Position numbers and translations under genes: made by a program. A stretch of DNA of 64,000 bases from Diplonema japonicum (lineage: Eukaryota; Protista; Euglenozoa: Diplonemea): NCBI GenBank assembly GCA_964019335.1, contig OZ025733.1, forward strand, positions 248,001-312,000, given 5' to 3'. This document shows positions 1 to 11,341 of this stretch, one piece after another. The notes under the pieces are model-generated. The model worked only from the letters and a program-made list of their open reading frames with translations, had not been told where the DNA came from and did not search any database. The number at the start of each line of letters is the position of its first letter. The stretch's first letter is position 1.

Positions 1-234
1 AGTGGAAGAACGTAACGCAGATGCTCAGGGTGACGAACAGGCAGCAAACTGCACGAGTGCAGAATCTTGGTTACCCGGGACGCCCCGGCTAGGGTTGAGC
101 ACACCGCACGCATTAAGGACACAACGCGGAACGCAGAAGAAGCTACAACTCGGCCGAGGAGCGCCCCCTGTAATCAAGTAGGTAGTTCGTGCTTCATTGC
201 ACGCTTAACGCCACCTAGTGTTGCAATCAAAGCC

Positions 235-240
<6 letters not shown>
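1..240. repeat. Dispersed repeat family R1, internally deleted copy cut by the window edge
   Basis: 1-181 is near-identical to 54381-54564 and 56881-57064; 200-240 (cttaacgcca...gtgttgcaa..aaagccccattt) matches ~54768-54810. Confidence 0.85.
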
Positions 241-269
<29 letters not shown>

Positions 270-530
270 ACTATTTATATATGTATATGGTCAAATATGC
301 GGTATTTGTCTTTACAAAAACCCTGTTTTCCCAAAAAAAAAAAAAGAACTTTTTCAAAGAAGATTTACAACAAAAAAAAGGGGGGGGGGAAAGAAATAGC
401 AGTATTTAACCACAAAAGTATCCCTAGAATATGTAAACTAACGAAAGAATCCATTTAAGCGGTCGAGTCGGTGAAAGGACCCCAGCACCACAGCCCAAAC
501 GTGGTTTTGATTGACCCGTTTTTTCGCAGT

Positions 531-565
<35 letters not shown>

Positions 566-644
566 AGAGAACGAGTGGTTGGAGCATTGCCGAGCTGTGC
601 AAAGCAACAATCAACTGTTCTTCTTCTTCTTTTTTTTTTTCGCT

Positions 645-679
645 GGCCGTTGCTAACCACTTCGTTCCTATCATAGTGA
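645..679 (+). repeat. 35-nt dispersed motif M35, copy 1 (GGCCGTTGCTAACCACTTCGTTCCTATCATAGTGA)
   Basis: Identical copy at 19681-19715; variants at 36678-36717 and 52455-52491. Confidence 0.9.
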
Positions 680-1712
680 TTTTTTTTTTTTTTTTTTTTT
701 TTTAGTTTTTAATTTAACTCCCTATTATACCACGTTTCCCTGTTACTTCCTTTCCCCCCCCCCTTTTTTTTCTTTCAGTTTTTTTTTTTTTAAATATTCT
801 TTTTATCGTGAGAGAGTCCTAACTCACAATAAGTTTACCTTGACACAGAGAATATTGTCAAACTATCTAAAAGACAAAAAAAAAAAAAAAAAAAAAAAAA
901 GAAAGCAAGCCCGATAAGATGGGAAGTGACCTTCCCGTTCTGCTGTACACCTGCATCACCAACGATGCTTTCTGATTTTAAACCCTTAAGCTTAAAAAAA
1001 AGAAGATGATGAGTCCCAAGGGCCAATCGGGTGGTGATCAGGTACCCCTGGATACCATTGGCATGCATCAAGAAACTAGCAACGCTCGGGTCAGAAAAGT
1101 TACTCGAAAAAAAAAAAGAAGACAAAAACCTATTGGTGATAATGGCAACAAGAGACACCTTGGGTGTTTACCCAAGTCTCAGGTCGAGCAGGAAAACGTT
1201 TTTTTTTTTTTTTTTTTTTTTTTTCTTAATCAGGGTAACATGTGCAGGAAAAAAAAAAAAAAAAAAAAAAAAAAGTGTTGTTTTGCTACAAACACCCCAC
1301 CCCACCCCCCAGTGCGCTTTGGAACTTGACGGTAAAAAGATTAATACCTCCCCCATGGGGCAAAGTTATTTTTTTTAAAACAGCAAAGAAATTTTAAAAA
1401 AAAATAATAATAATAAAGGAACGGATTTGAACAACAAAAAAGTAAGTAACCAGTACTACCCTGACACACACGGTAGGTAAAAAAAAAAACCTCGGCAAAT
1501 TTGTCTTTGAAGCGAGAAGAGAGGGGTAGATAAGAACGATGTTATTTGTCCCACCCTTCGGTGCCTGAGAAAGCAAACAAAGGGGAAAAAAAAAAAGAGA
1601 GAAAAGAAAAAAAAAAACGAAAAGCCTATCTTTCCTAACCTTTATTTTCGCTTGATTCACTTCTGTGTCATATGTAATTTCAACACAAATAAAAAAAACA
1701 AATAAAAAACAT

Positions 1713-1730
1713 GGTTTTTAAAAGGCTGCG

Positions 1731-1786
<56 letters not shown>

Positions 1787-1857
1787 TGCTAGGCAACAAA
1801 GTTGCAAATAGTCATAAAAACCATTTTTTTTTTTTTTGAAAAGATAAATATTTGTAA
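1713..1857. repeat. Dispersed AT-rich repeat family R5, copy 1
   Basis: aaggctgcgaaagg...gttgcaaatagtcataaaa...gaaaagataaatatttgtaa matches 58210-58348 in the same orientation and 46445-46596 inverted. Confidence 0.75.
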
Positions 1858-1956
1858 AAGAAGAAAAAAAAACAGTAAAGGAAAACACCAAATAAAATAA
1901 TGATATAAAAAAAAAAAAAAGGATTCTCAGAAAAAACAAAAAAGAAAAAAAAAAAA

Positions 1957-2074
1957 GAGGAACTGGCCGTTGGTTTCACACGTACCTCAGGTAAAAAACC
2001 TGGAGAAGTTTGTACCAGAAACAACGTTGCCAACGTTCCCCTTTTGTTTAGACAAGCCGAAGACTCGTTCTTGC
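1957..2074 (+). repeat. Dispersed ~115-bp repeat family R2, copy 1
   Basis: gaggaactggccgtt...cctggagaagtttgt...gttgccaacgttcccc...gtttagacaag...gttcttgc recurs at 25696-25933 (+) and 53373-53485 (-). Confidence 0.9.
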
Positions 2075-2176
2075 AGAAACAAAACAAAACAAAAAAAAAA
2101 CAAAAAAAAAGACAACAATGAAGTTCTTTCCGCAACCAACTTCTGTAATTCTTCCCCCTCCCTCTTTTTTTTTTTT

Positions 2177-2274
2177 GTTTTAACAATATTATTGTCGAGA
2201 CCAAAAGAAACTAGTGTGATGGCAGCGTAATGAGCTATTTTATTGGGTAAAAATCTGCTCGTGCGCACAAACAA
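2177..2274 (+). repeat. Dispersed ~95-bp repeat family R4, copy 1
   Basis: gttttaacaatattattgtcgagac...gatggcagcgtaatgagctattttatt...gcacaaaca recurs at 7160-7253. Confidence 0.85.
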
Positions 2275-2294
2275 TGAAGCACCATATTAGTTTT

Positions 2295-2326
<32 letters not shown>

Positions 2327-2823
2327 CCCCTTCTTCTTACCGTATCACTGTATCTTTTTGAAATAATAAAAAAAAGACGGAAAAAAAAAAAAGAAAAAAA
2401 AGCCCCCAAAAAAGAGTCCCACCCAAAATCTCTACCGTATTTGGGATTATTGTGTACCGCGAAAAGTCCCAAATTGGGTTAAAAAATCCGGGGAAAAAGA
2501 AAAAGAAGAAAAAAAAAAGGTACATAAGTTTTCACAGTGCAAACGTACATCAGAAATTCAAAAGTAAGTGCATTTGAACAAGAAAAAAAAAGATAAAAAA
2601 AAGAAGCAAGTTTTTTTTTTTTTTTTTTTTTTTTTTCCGCAAGGAGAAAAAAAAAAAAGAATAAAAAAAAGAACCTTACAAAGTAATTCTCCCCCCTACC
2701 CCCCCCCCCCTCTAGCGTATAATTCATGTCACATTTGTTGTTTTTTTATCCCCCCCCTTCAACCTTTTTTTTTTAAAAAGATTCTTATTCAATTTCTCAA
2801 CAACAAAAAAAAAGGAGCGTGGG

Positions 2824-2853
<30 letters not shown>

Positions 2854-2854
<1 letters not shown>

Positions 2855-4023
2855 TGCAACGGATAACTAGAGTTCTCCTCGCCATCCTAGGCATCCTTCT
2901 TCTAACCCTGCACGGTGTCAAATGGACCACCTCACAAGGAGGGATTAAAAGAGTGGCCCGTAGTTTGGGAGAGAACTGGCTCAACGGACCGGGCTCAGAA
3001 GAGCTGCGAAGAAGAACAATGCAAAACATGAAGAAGGCAACACGAATCCCCGACTTAACCAAGATCAGTTTCGACTTACACGGGGCAGGGGTAGTCCCAA
3101 ACGCTTTAACGAAAAACGAGGTGAGAAAAATAAAAAAAATGGTGTTGGAAAATTTTCTAAACACCCCGCAAGACCTCTACGGAGATATAAACACCCGCCA
3201 CCATAGGTACGACGTCCCCGTGTCGATAAATAACACCCTTGCAAGAACAACTCTGTGCAACACTGCTAGAAAAATGAAGAGTTTCATTACTGAGGTATTC
3301 GGCCCTACACCTGTTATTGCTGAGCTGTCATCGCTTCTCGTATTTCACGGTGCAATGGCTCAAGATATACATCGTGATACGTATGAAGACGAAACGGAGG
3401 TGTATGGTTACGACAACCCGGGGCCCTCGCCCCTCGCTTCATTTTTCACCCCGCTTGTTAACATCACGAACAATGTCGGTGGGACTGAACTCTGGCCGTT
3501 CACCGCGTCAGAGCGAACGGTTCTCCCCGTTGATCTCGTCAAGCATTCTCATATTGGCGAAGAATGTCCTATCGAAAGAGAAGCCCCCGGAATGACAACC
3601 AACACAGGATGTTACCTCGGTATGCTTCCATATTTATCAGCTGGGTCTGTTCTCGCCATGGACTCACGTCAGTACCACCGGTCCACCTCTCATACAAACA
3701 CGTATAATTTAGTTCGTCCTGTCTTCTACTTTTCCCTGCTTTCGCCGGACCTTCCGCTTCCTTTGGGGTCTACTTACACGCGGACTTTCAAAAGTCCTGT
3801 TTTGCTGTGGGATGTTTGCAATAATACCACTGCCACGCATGTCGAGCCCCCCACCGAGGAGGAGTTAGACGCTTTGATCTATCGTGCTGTGTGGCTTGAC
3901 AGAATGCTGACGTTGCAGGATTTTGTGTTCGGTTGGTGGGACACTGTGGGGGGTCTTCTGTGCTGTGCTGTTGTGTTCTATGCGGTGGTGCGCAAGGTGA
4001 AGGTTGTCGATAAACTGGAGTAG
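2854..4023 (+). CDS. Membrane-anchored PhyH-like Fe(II)/2-oxoglutarate dioxygenase
   Basis: QDIHRD (HxD), GGTELWP and AGSVLAMDSRQYHRSTSH...RPVFYFS match the phytanoyl-CoA dioxygenase-like fold; hydrophobic N- and C-terminal segments. Confidence 0.75.
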
Positions 4024-4973
4024 TAACCTTCTAAAAAAAAAAAAAAAAAAAAAAAAGGGAAGAATGACAAAACAACCAGCAAAGCATTTTATACGGTGTC
4101 GCCCATGTCCATCAGCAGTTGAGTGTCGCTTACAAACCTAATCTCAACTGGTCAGCGATGTCATGGGGCTTGTGGGAAGAGAACACCTGCACGGTCATGC
4201 TTCTAAAAAACAAAAAGGCCGCACGGAGCAAATGCCTCTGAAATTCAGAAAGGAAGCGAACCTGTAGTAGCTCTGTGGATTGAGTCCAGCGATCGGTAAG
4301 TGTCCAAATGTGTTAGGAAGGAACGACTACGGGGCAAAGAATCCTGCTTTCGGAGTGTCTGAATGGGCGCAAGCCTGGCACCATCGAGTTCTCGCCCAGA
4401 GGTGCTACTTCAATTTTATTGGCACCAATGGTGACTTGAGTGTCTCTGTGAATGAAATGACTACAGAAATGTGTGGCAACATAAGTTAACCGGCAGACCT
4501 GCCACGATAGTGACAAGACGGTGAGACTCGGGGTTTGAAAATTTTTGCTCTGTCGATCGGATGACTTGTATTTTCTATCTCCGTGAAGAAAACACATATG
4601 AAGTCTCTGGCCGATCATATTCTGAAAGGAATGTCACCTTTTACCTGTCTTTACCTGCGTCCGTTGACGCTTCTGAGCCACCACCTTACTGGCAGCCAAG
4701 TCCGTCTTTTTTTCATTCCCCTTGTTCTTCTGTTACTTTCAGTATTCTTTCCGGTAATGGACTGATACGGGCCTGGAAGCAACCTCTGCTTAATTCCTGC
4801 TACGTGGGAGGCTCCTCTTGAGGGTGTCAGTCACTTTTTATTCCTATTTTTATTCGACTTTCTGTTTTCGTAGTATTATCCCTTTTTTTTTTTTTTTTGT
4901 TTTTTTTTTTTTTTTTTTTTTTTCCACCTGTTTTGCAATATCACTTCGGTTACCTCCAGAGATCGTCCACGAG

Positions 4974-6727
4974 ATGGCAGACGCTTACGAGCGTCTCAGA
5001 TTCCTCGGGAAAGGCGGCTTTGGCGCAGTTTATGAATCGATAAATGGTGCTGGTGAGCTCTGCGCCCTGAAGGTACAGGTCTCTGGGAAGCAGGAGGGCC
5101 TCTCTGAATTCAGAACGGAAGTGGACCACATGAAGAAGTTCTCACACAAAAATATTGTCCCCTGCTTGGACAGCTTCGAGCAGGTGACCAAACTTCAGGA
5201 GTGGGAGCACTGCATAGTAATGCCATTGTACAAAGGTGACCTTTCCGTCCACGTGAAGGAGAAGGGACCGCTGAAACAAGAAGAGGTTACTTTCCTTTTG
5301 CAAGACATGGGGAAGGCACTTGACTACATCCACGGGAAGGGGTACATCCACAGGGATGTGAAACCTCAGAATATCATGATCGCAAAGAAAGGTGAGCAAG
5401 ACAACCTTCTGTTTGTGTTAGCGGACTTCGGTCTTGTGAAAGACGTGAAAATCAGTACTGCAAAGACCCTTAAAGGAACACCAGGCTTCATCGCCCCTGA
5501 GTTCGCGACTCCACCTTACTCAAACAAGATCGACATGTGGTCCCTTGGGGTAACAGGGTGCTGTTCTGTACTCAACAACAATGACGAAAGTAGAATGAGA
5601 AGGTTTCTCGATAACAACCACGAGGTGACAATGCGTGAACTGCGCCCTATTCTGGAGAATAACGTAGGCACGCTCGCATCCGATGTGTTGGTGGCTCTGC
5701 TGTCAGTAAACCCAGACAACCGCCCATCAGGTGCTGAGGTTGTCAAACAAATGAACGTCAAACCTTGCTTTTCTGCAGTTGCCCCATCTGTGGAGGTGGA
5801 GGCTTTGAAAAGAAAACTAGATATCGTGCAGGCACGTGAAAGGGAAAGCGCAGCACGGATCGCGGAACTGGTGAGGCGGAACGAAAGTCTCGAGGATGAC
5901 AACCAGCGGAAAACACAGCAAAACGAGAAACTTAAAGTCGAACTGCAGGAGCTCACAGACAGACGCTGTACCGAGATGGCAGCGGTTGATGAACACGCGG
6001 CTTGCTTGGCAGACGGCGCTGACGAGCTAGCCGATCTGTCCTCTGGGATGACATCCCGTAAGGAGGCGGAAGTGGCCATTGAGAACTGCAACGTAACTAA
6101 ACTGAAAGGATTGTTAGCGAAAGATTCCGAACTTCTTTTCCTGGCGGCGGAAAAAGGGAACAGACAAATAGTATCTGCCCTGCTAAGTTTCAGAATGAAC
6201 GTGAACTTGATGAACAGCGCCCATAAAACAGTGCTCCATGTTGCCTGCGAGGCCGGGAATGAAGAGACTGTTAGATGTCTTGTTGAGGAAAAGGCCAACG
6301 TCAACATGAAAAACTCCTGCGGCAACACTCCCCTTCATGTTGCGATCAAGGGAAACAGAATCGAAATTGTTGAGTATCTCCTCACCAATGGTGGTGACAC
6401 TGAAGTCGTGAATAATGATGGTGTCAGGCCGCTCCTCCTTGCGGCGTCGTGTGGATTCGAATCAATTGCACGTCTTGTGAGCACTACTGCAACTTACCGC
6501 AAAGGCTGTCGCCCTTCCCTCAGCGGGAACTTAGGTGTGGGGTGTCTGATCCGTGCTATCTGGTCTAATAATTTAGCAGCGGTCGCGCTGTTGATCGATT
6601 ACGAGGTAGAGCTCAACTCTGAATGTTCGCTCCGTGACGAATACCCTGGGTTGGGAAAAGACGGCAGTTGTATGGCAAAAAAAAAAAAAAAAAAAATAAG
6701 AAAAAATAAAAAAATACATAAAATGAG

Positions 6728-6765
<38 letters not shown>

Positions 6766-7080
6766 TATTCCGATTTTTGAAGCCGTTAAGAACTCTGCAC
6801 ACGACATCACCGCTCTTCTCCTGGAGAAGGGGTCGGACCCTGATGTGCGGTGCAACACGAAGTTTGGCCGAGGTATGAAATGGAGGAAGGAATGATATTA
6901 TAATAATGTATAGGCCGCTCTGTGCTTCATGAAGCCGTGAAAATGCAAAATATAAAGGCTGTGAACCTTCTGCTCCAGCATGGGGCAGACCGTTCGGTCG
7001 AGGACCGCAACGGGGACACACCGCTTGACATGGCACGCAGCAAGGGGTTCTTGGACATCGCTCGTTGTTTTCAGCGCTGA
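4974..7080 (+). CDS. Ser/Thr protein kinase with coiled coil and C-terminal ankyrin repeats; exons 4974-6669, 6765-6872, 6914-7080
   Basis: GKGGFG, ALK, HRDVKPQN, DFG and APE motifs; removing two GT-AG introns restores ankyrin repeats (PIFEAVKN..LLLEKGSDPD; SVLHEAV..LLLQHGAD..GDTPLDMA) ending in TGA at 7080. Confidence 0.88.
6670..6764 (+). other. Spliceosomal cis-intron, 95 nt, poly(A)-rich (GTATGG...AAAAAG)
   Basis: Removal joins T|GT (Cys) and restores the ankyrin reading frame. Confidence 0.85.
6873..6913 (+). other. Spliceosomal cis-intron, 41 nt (GTATGA...TATAG)
   Basis: Removal joins G|GC (Gly) and continues into a canonical ankyrin repeat. Confidence 0.85.
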
Positions 7081-7159
7081 GGGGGACGCAACATCCCCTT
7101 TCTAACCTATCTAACAGGAGGGGGAAAGAAAATTCCTTTCTTTTTTTGTTTTTTTTTTT

Positions 7160-7253
7160 GTTTTAACAATATTATTGTCGAGACTAAAAACTAGTTGATG
7201 GCAGCGTAATGAGCTATTTTATTAGGTAAAATTCCGCTCGTGTGCACAAACAA
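7160..7253 (+). repeat. Dispersed repeat family R4, copy 2
   Basis: Matches 2177-2274. Confidence 0.85.
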
Positions 7254-7331
7254 ATAGTTTTCTTTTTTTTTTTTTTTTTAAAGATTCTTCAGGGGAAGAA
7301 AAATAAAAAAAATATTTAAAAAAAAAAAAAA

Positions 7332-8867
7332 ATGAACATCTCGGTGTTCATCCGAACCCCCGCCGTGGTGTATGATGTTGAAATACATGGGAAGGAAACA
7401 TTACAAGATTTGTACAAGAAAGCAGCCAGCGTGGCGAATCTAGAGGAAGGGCGATTCACGCTAGTGTGGGATGGAAACATCCTGGACGCACACAGCAGAG
7501 AAGAATTCCAGGAGACCGGTATGACGGAGGGCACTGAAGTACAAGTAGAGGAAGAGAAGCCTGCAAAGTACCACGAACTGAAAACAAGAAGCAGCGAGTT
7601 TGAACAGAGAGTCACAGCATACCCCGATACTTGCTTTGTGGTTGACATTTCAGAGTGCGGTACACAATGCAACATGCACAGCCTCCCTGCAGAGCTTCAG
7701 TACCTAACCGTCACAGACCCTTCAAGGGTTGTTAAACAGTTCGCTTTTACAAAACCGGGATGCAACTATCTAAAATCGGTCGAAATTGATTTAGGAGGTT
7801 GGGTGTCTGTTCAGAGAGGCTTCCTAGCAGAGTGCCCGTCGCTCACTTCAGTCTCCCTGAACCACCTTAGCTCGGTCAAAGCTGTTGGGGACAACTTCCT
7901 GCGAAACTGCCCGCAGTTAACCTCAATAGATTTGAGCGGTTTAAACATAAAGGTCATCTCGAACAATTTCCTGTCCGGGTGTTCCTCCATCACATGGCTC
8001 GATATGAGCAGTGTGACAGACACAAGGTTCAAGGACAGCTTTCTTTCTTGTTGCAAGTCGCTCACGGGCGTAGACCTTTGCGGTCTGCGTCATGTCTCAT
8101 GTTTCGGGGACGAATTCATGTCGCACTGCACTTCTTTGAAAACGATTGATCTAAGCAGCTGCACTGGGGTGACACAGATCGGAGATGAATTTCTGGCAAA
8201 ATGCACCTCCCTTACAAACGTTGATTTGAGAGGCTTGGATGGTATCTCGTCAGCAGGCGACTGCTTTCTACGTTACTGTTCGTCATTGAAAACGATTGAC
8301 CTGGGCTTCCTCTACAATATTGAGATCGCCGGTGTGTTTTTCCTCGATGCCTGCACCTCCCTTACCTCTGTTGGTCTCAGCGGGTTGTGTGGTGTTAAAT
8401 GCATCAAAGACGGTTTCCTCAAGAACTCGACATCCCTTGCCACAGTCGATCTGAGCCGCCTTTGCAACGTGAAGATGATATGCAGTGATTTTTTGATGGG
8501 CTGTACTTCTCTGACATTGGTGGACTTGAGCGGTCTGCAGAACACGCAGTACATAGGGTGCTGTTTCCTTAAGGGTTGCACGTCGTTGTTGAATGTTGAT
8601 CTGAGCGGGCTGGGTGGCGTGGTGAGTGTGGAGAACGACTTTCTCTCCGGCTGTTCCTCGCTGCAGTCTGTTGAGCTGGCCCTGCCCAGCCTCGAACTGA
8701 GGCGCTGCAAGCATGGTGGGAAGCTACCCGCAGGCTTTTTGGAAAACTGCACGTCGCTGACTCAGCTTGACCTACGCCCCCTCAACATCAGTCACCTCGA
8801 TCGCAGTGTCGATCTCCAAGGGTGCGCATCGCTTGCGACTATCAAGCTCAGCCAGTGGAGTGGATGA
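7332..8867 (+). CDS. Ubiquitin-like domain plus leucine-rich repeat protein
   Basis: N-terminal ~75 aa with a ubiquitin-like pattern (VFIRT..VYDVEI...TLQDL...FTLVWDG..L......GMTEGTEVQV), then tandem ~24-aa LRRs FLxxCxSLxxVDLSGL. Confidence 0.8.
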   Translation: MNISVFIRTPAVVYDVEIHGKETLQDLYKKAASVANLEEGRFTLVWDGNILDAHSREEFQETGMTEGTEVQVEEEKPAKYHELKTRSSEFEQRVTAYPDTCFVVDISECGTQCNMHSLPAELQYLTVTDPSRVVKQFAFTKPGCNYLKSVEIDLGGWVSVQRGFLAECPSLTSVSLNHLSSVKAVGDNFLRNCPQLTSIDLSGLNIKVISNNFLSGCSSITWLDMSSVTDTRFKDSFLSCCKSLTGVDLCGLRHVSCFGDEFMSHCTSLKTIDLSSCTGVTQIGDEFLAKCTSLTNVDLRGLDGISSAGDCFLRYCSSLKTIDLGFLYNIEIAGVFFLDACTSLTSVGLSGLCGVKCIKDGFLKNSTSLATVDLSRLCNVKMICSDFLMGCTSLTLVDLSGLQNTQYIGCCFLKGCTSLLNVDLSGLGGVVSVENDFLSGCSSLQSVELALPSLELRRCKHGGKLPAGFLENCTSLTQLDLRPLNISHLDRSVDLQGCASLATIKLSQWSG

Positions 8868-9714
8868 TGTTATTAAGAAGAAGGGAGAAGTGCCCGATAC
8901 CTATACCGATACCGTTAGGACGAAGTAAAGCGGTCTTCACATTTGTGCAAAGAACGAGTCGCCAAACGAGCCCTTTTTTTTTTTTTTTTTTTTTTTTTTG
9001 CAAATAACAATGGACCCACCCGTGCGAAACTAGGGGGAAGAAACTAAAGGGAGGAGGATATCGGGGTGCACGGCGGAGTGAACAAGGGACGGGAAAGGCT
9101 TTTTTTATTTACTTTCATTCTTTCATGTTCACTGGGAACCACGGAGAGGTAGGGGGGAAAAGAGGTGAAAAGAGGTTCAAGAAAGTTGGGGGGGAGGGAG
9201 GTCAAAACTTGAGAGGAAGAGATGGAGGGGGGAAAAAGAAAAAAGAAAAATAGTTTTTTTTTTTTTTTTTAACACCTAGAACCCATATCAAACAATCTTT
9301 ATCATTTTCTTTCTTTTAAACTTTTAAACTAGGAAGATTAAAAATTTTAAGATAGAAAGAAAAATAAGAAAAAGAAACAACAAAGAAAAAAAAAATTAAA
9401 AATAAAACTAAAAATAAAACACAATTTAAACTAAAATTAAAAATAAAAATGAAAATAAGCTCGATGATTTAAAGGAAGCCGGTTGGGGCACCCTTTGAAT
9501 AAAATAAAATTAAAAATAAATAAAAATAAAAGTAAAAATAGAAAGGGAGAAGAGAAGCAGACAATCAATTGCTTTCTTCTCTTTCTTTTTTTTTTTAGTA
9601 GCACCCCCATGCACACTGAAATTTTATCGAGTTTTTTTTTTTTCCCTCTCCTTTCTTCTCATTCCGCCCCATGCACACGCACTCCCATTCAGGTTAATAT
9701 CTTTTAAAAAGAAA

Positions 9715-10308
9715 ATGAAATTACTGCTCCTTGTGTGCATCATCGCCCTCGCTGAAGGGCTCCGCCACCCAACTCTATGGAGTCTTGAGAAGCCCTGCCG
9801 CAGCGAGAAGAAGTGCAGGAATTGCGAAGGGAGGTGCGTGGAAGAAGAGACAGTGCAGTGCCTGAGGGACCCCTGCGAGGACTCGCCATGCGGTGACAAG
9901 GAGATGTGCGTTGCGAACTCCTGCGGGGAGTGCAGCGCCTGCTGCCTGAAGCCGAAGAAGTGCAACAAGCGCTCGAAGACGTGCAAGGACGGGAGTGAGA
10001 TCTTCAGGGACCCCTTCAACAACTGCAAGTACCCCAAGTGCCCTGTCCCCGCCTGCGCCCCGAAGGACACCACCACATTCTTCAATCCCAAGACTTAATG
10101 CGAGGAGGGCTTCGAGTACTGGGGCAACCCGGACTGTGGTTGTGGTTGCAAGCCGAAGGTTGAGGTCCCTGCCTGCGTCCCGAGGGGCAGCACATTCTAC
10201 GATCCCAAAACTTGTGAGATCAGCCTCATTCATTGCGAGGAGGGCTTCGAGTACTGGGGCAACCTCCCAGACTGTGGTTGTGGTTGCAAACCGAAGATCG
10301 AGGGCTGA
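9715..10308 (+). pseudogene. Secreted cysteine-rich repeat protein interrupted by in-frame TAA at 10096-10098 (nonsense allele, pseudogene or truncated 127-aa product)
   Basis: Signal peptide MKLLLLVCIIALAEG; the same frame continues after TAA with two CEEGFEYWGN.PDCGCGCKPK repeats to TGA at 10308. Confidence 0.7.
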
Positions 10309-11341
10309 AGAAAAGTTCTTTTTTTCAAGGAAACAAGATAAAGAAGGAAAGGAAAAAAAGGGAACTATTCCCACACCAACGGACCATTTTTGTCCACCAG
10401 GGGATAATTTTTCAAAATTTCAAAAAAAAAAAAATATTCTAACGCAACGCCGCCCCTGCAGAACTGCCCTCACCCTCGTTCGATAAAAGAGAAAAGAAAG
10501 AAAAGGGAAAACAGAAATATGTGAGCATGATCTATTGGCTGTGTCTCGGATACTTGTCAATGTCTGATCGGTTCTGGACCGGATGGAATTTTAAAAAAAA
10601 AAGAGTAAAAACAAAAAGAGGGCGTAAAAGAACGATAAAGGAGCGTAACAAGGCAACATTTAGCAAAGGCCGAAGTTCCTTGTTTTCGTATTTATTGCAT
10701 TTTTTTCCCTCTTTTATTCTCCATTTATTACTTTTCTTTTTTCTTGTCATACCGGTCCAAATGACCCACTCGCTTTTTTTTGTTTTTGTTTTTATTTCCC
10801 ATTCCTACTTTGCTCTCCTTAATTCTTCTCGACCCCTTCTCCCTCTCTTCGATACCCTGTTTTTCTATCTAAATATTCTATCTCAGGCGTCAGTCTTAGA
10901 CCCTCAAAGAAATATTTATCCAGTTTTTAAGGGGTGACTTTTTGTTTTATTTTTTATTTTATTTTATTTTTTTTTGGTAATTTTTTCTTTGTACTTCTCG
11001 CAGTAAGAAAGAAAAAAAAAAAAATGCAACTCACCATGGGTGCCGATCACCTGTGTGTGCAGTGGTGTTCTGCGTTGCAGCGTACGTTCAAAGCTGAGGA
11101 GCGGTATTGATTGGATAGCCGGTTTTTACACTTTCTTCCTATTTGTTGGTACGGCTTATTCTGTCCATGGTCCCCCCTCTACGTCCTGAGGATGTGGGTG
11201 GGTAGCACGAGTACCTTGCCATCTCATTAAACTTCTGTTCTTCCATACCATTCAGGAGGGCAGCGTTGGACGGGGAGGGGGAGGGGGGGGGGAGGTACAA
11301 AAAACAAAGCAAGAGAAAAAAAAAAAAGAAGAAGAAAAAAA

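Noticed and set aside
67-2870. Many short poly-Lys, poly-Phe or poly-Gly ORFs here and in all spacers
   Set aside because: They are translations of A, T or G homopolymer runs, which lack stops; no domain content
4818-4973. ORF-track N-terminal extensions from TTG/GTG or upstream starts (also 13010, 20062, 29767, 32077, 42070, 44971, 57133)
   Set aside because: They run through homopolymer spacers; the first ATG at the start of coding-like sequence was used instead
10096-10098. Stop-codon reassignment (TAA read as sense)
   Set aside because: TAA, TAG and TGA all end genuine genes in this window, and this TAA coincides with an 18-nt deletion relative to the sister repeat
10527-10570. Possible C/D snoRNA (ATGATCT...CTGA)
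   Set aside because: Poor C box, too short, and no terminal stem or recognisable guide
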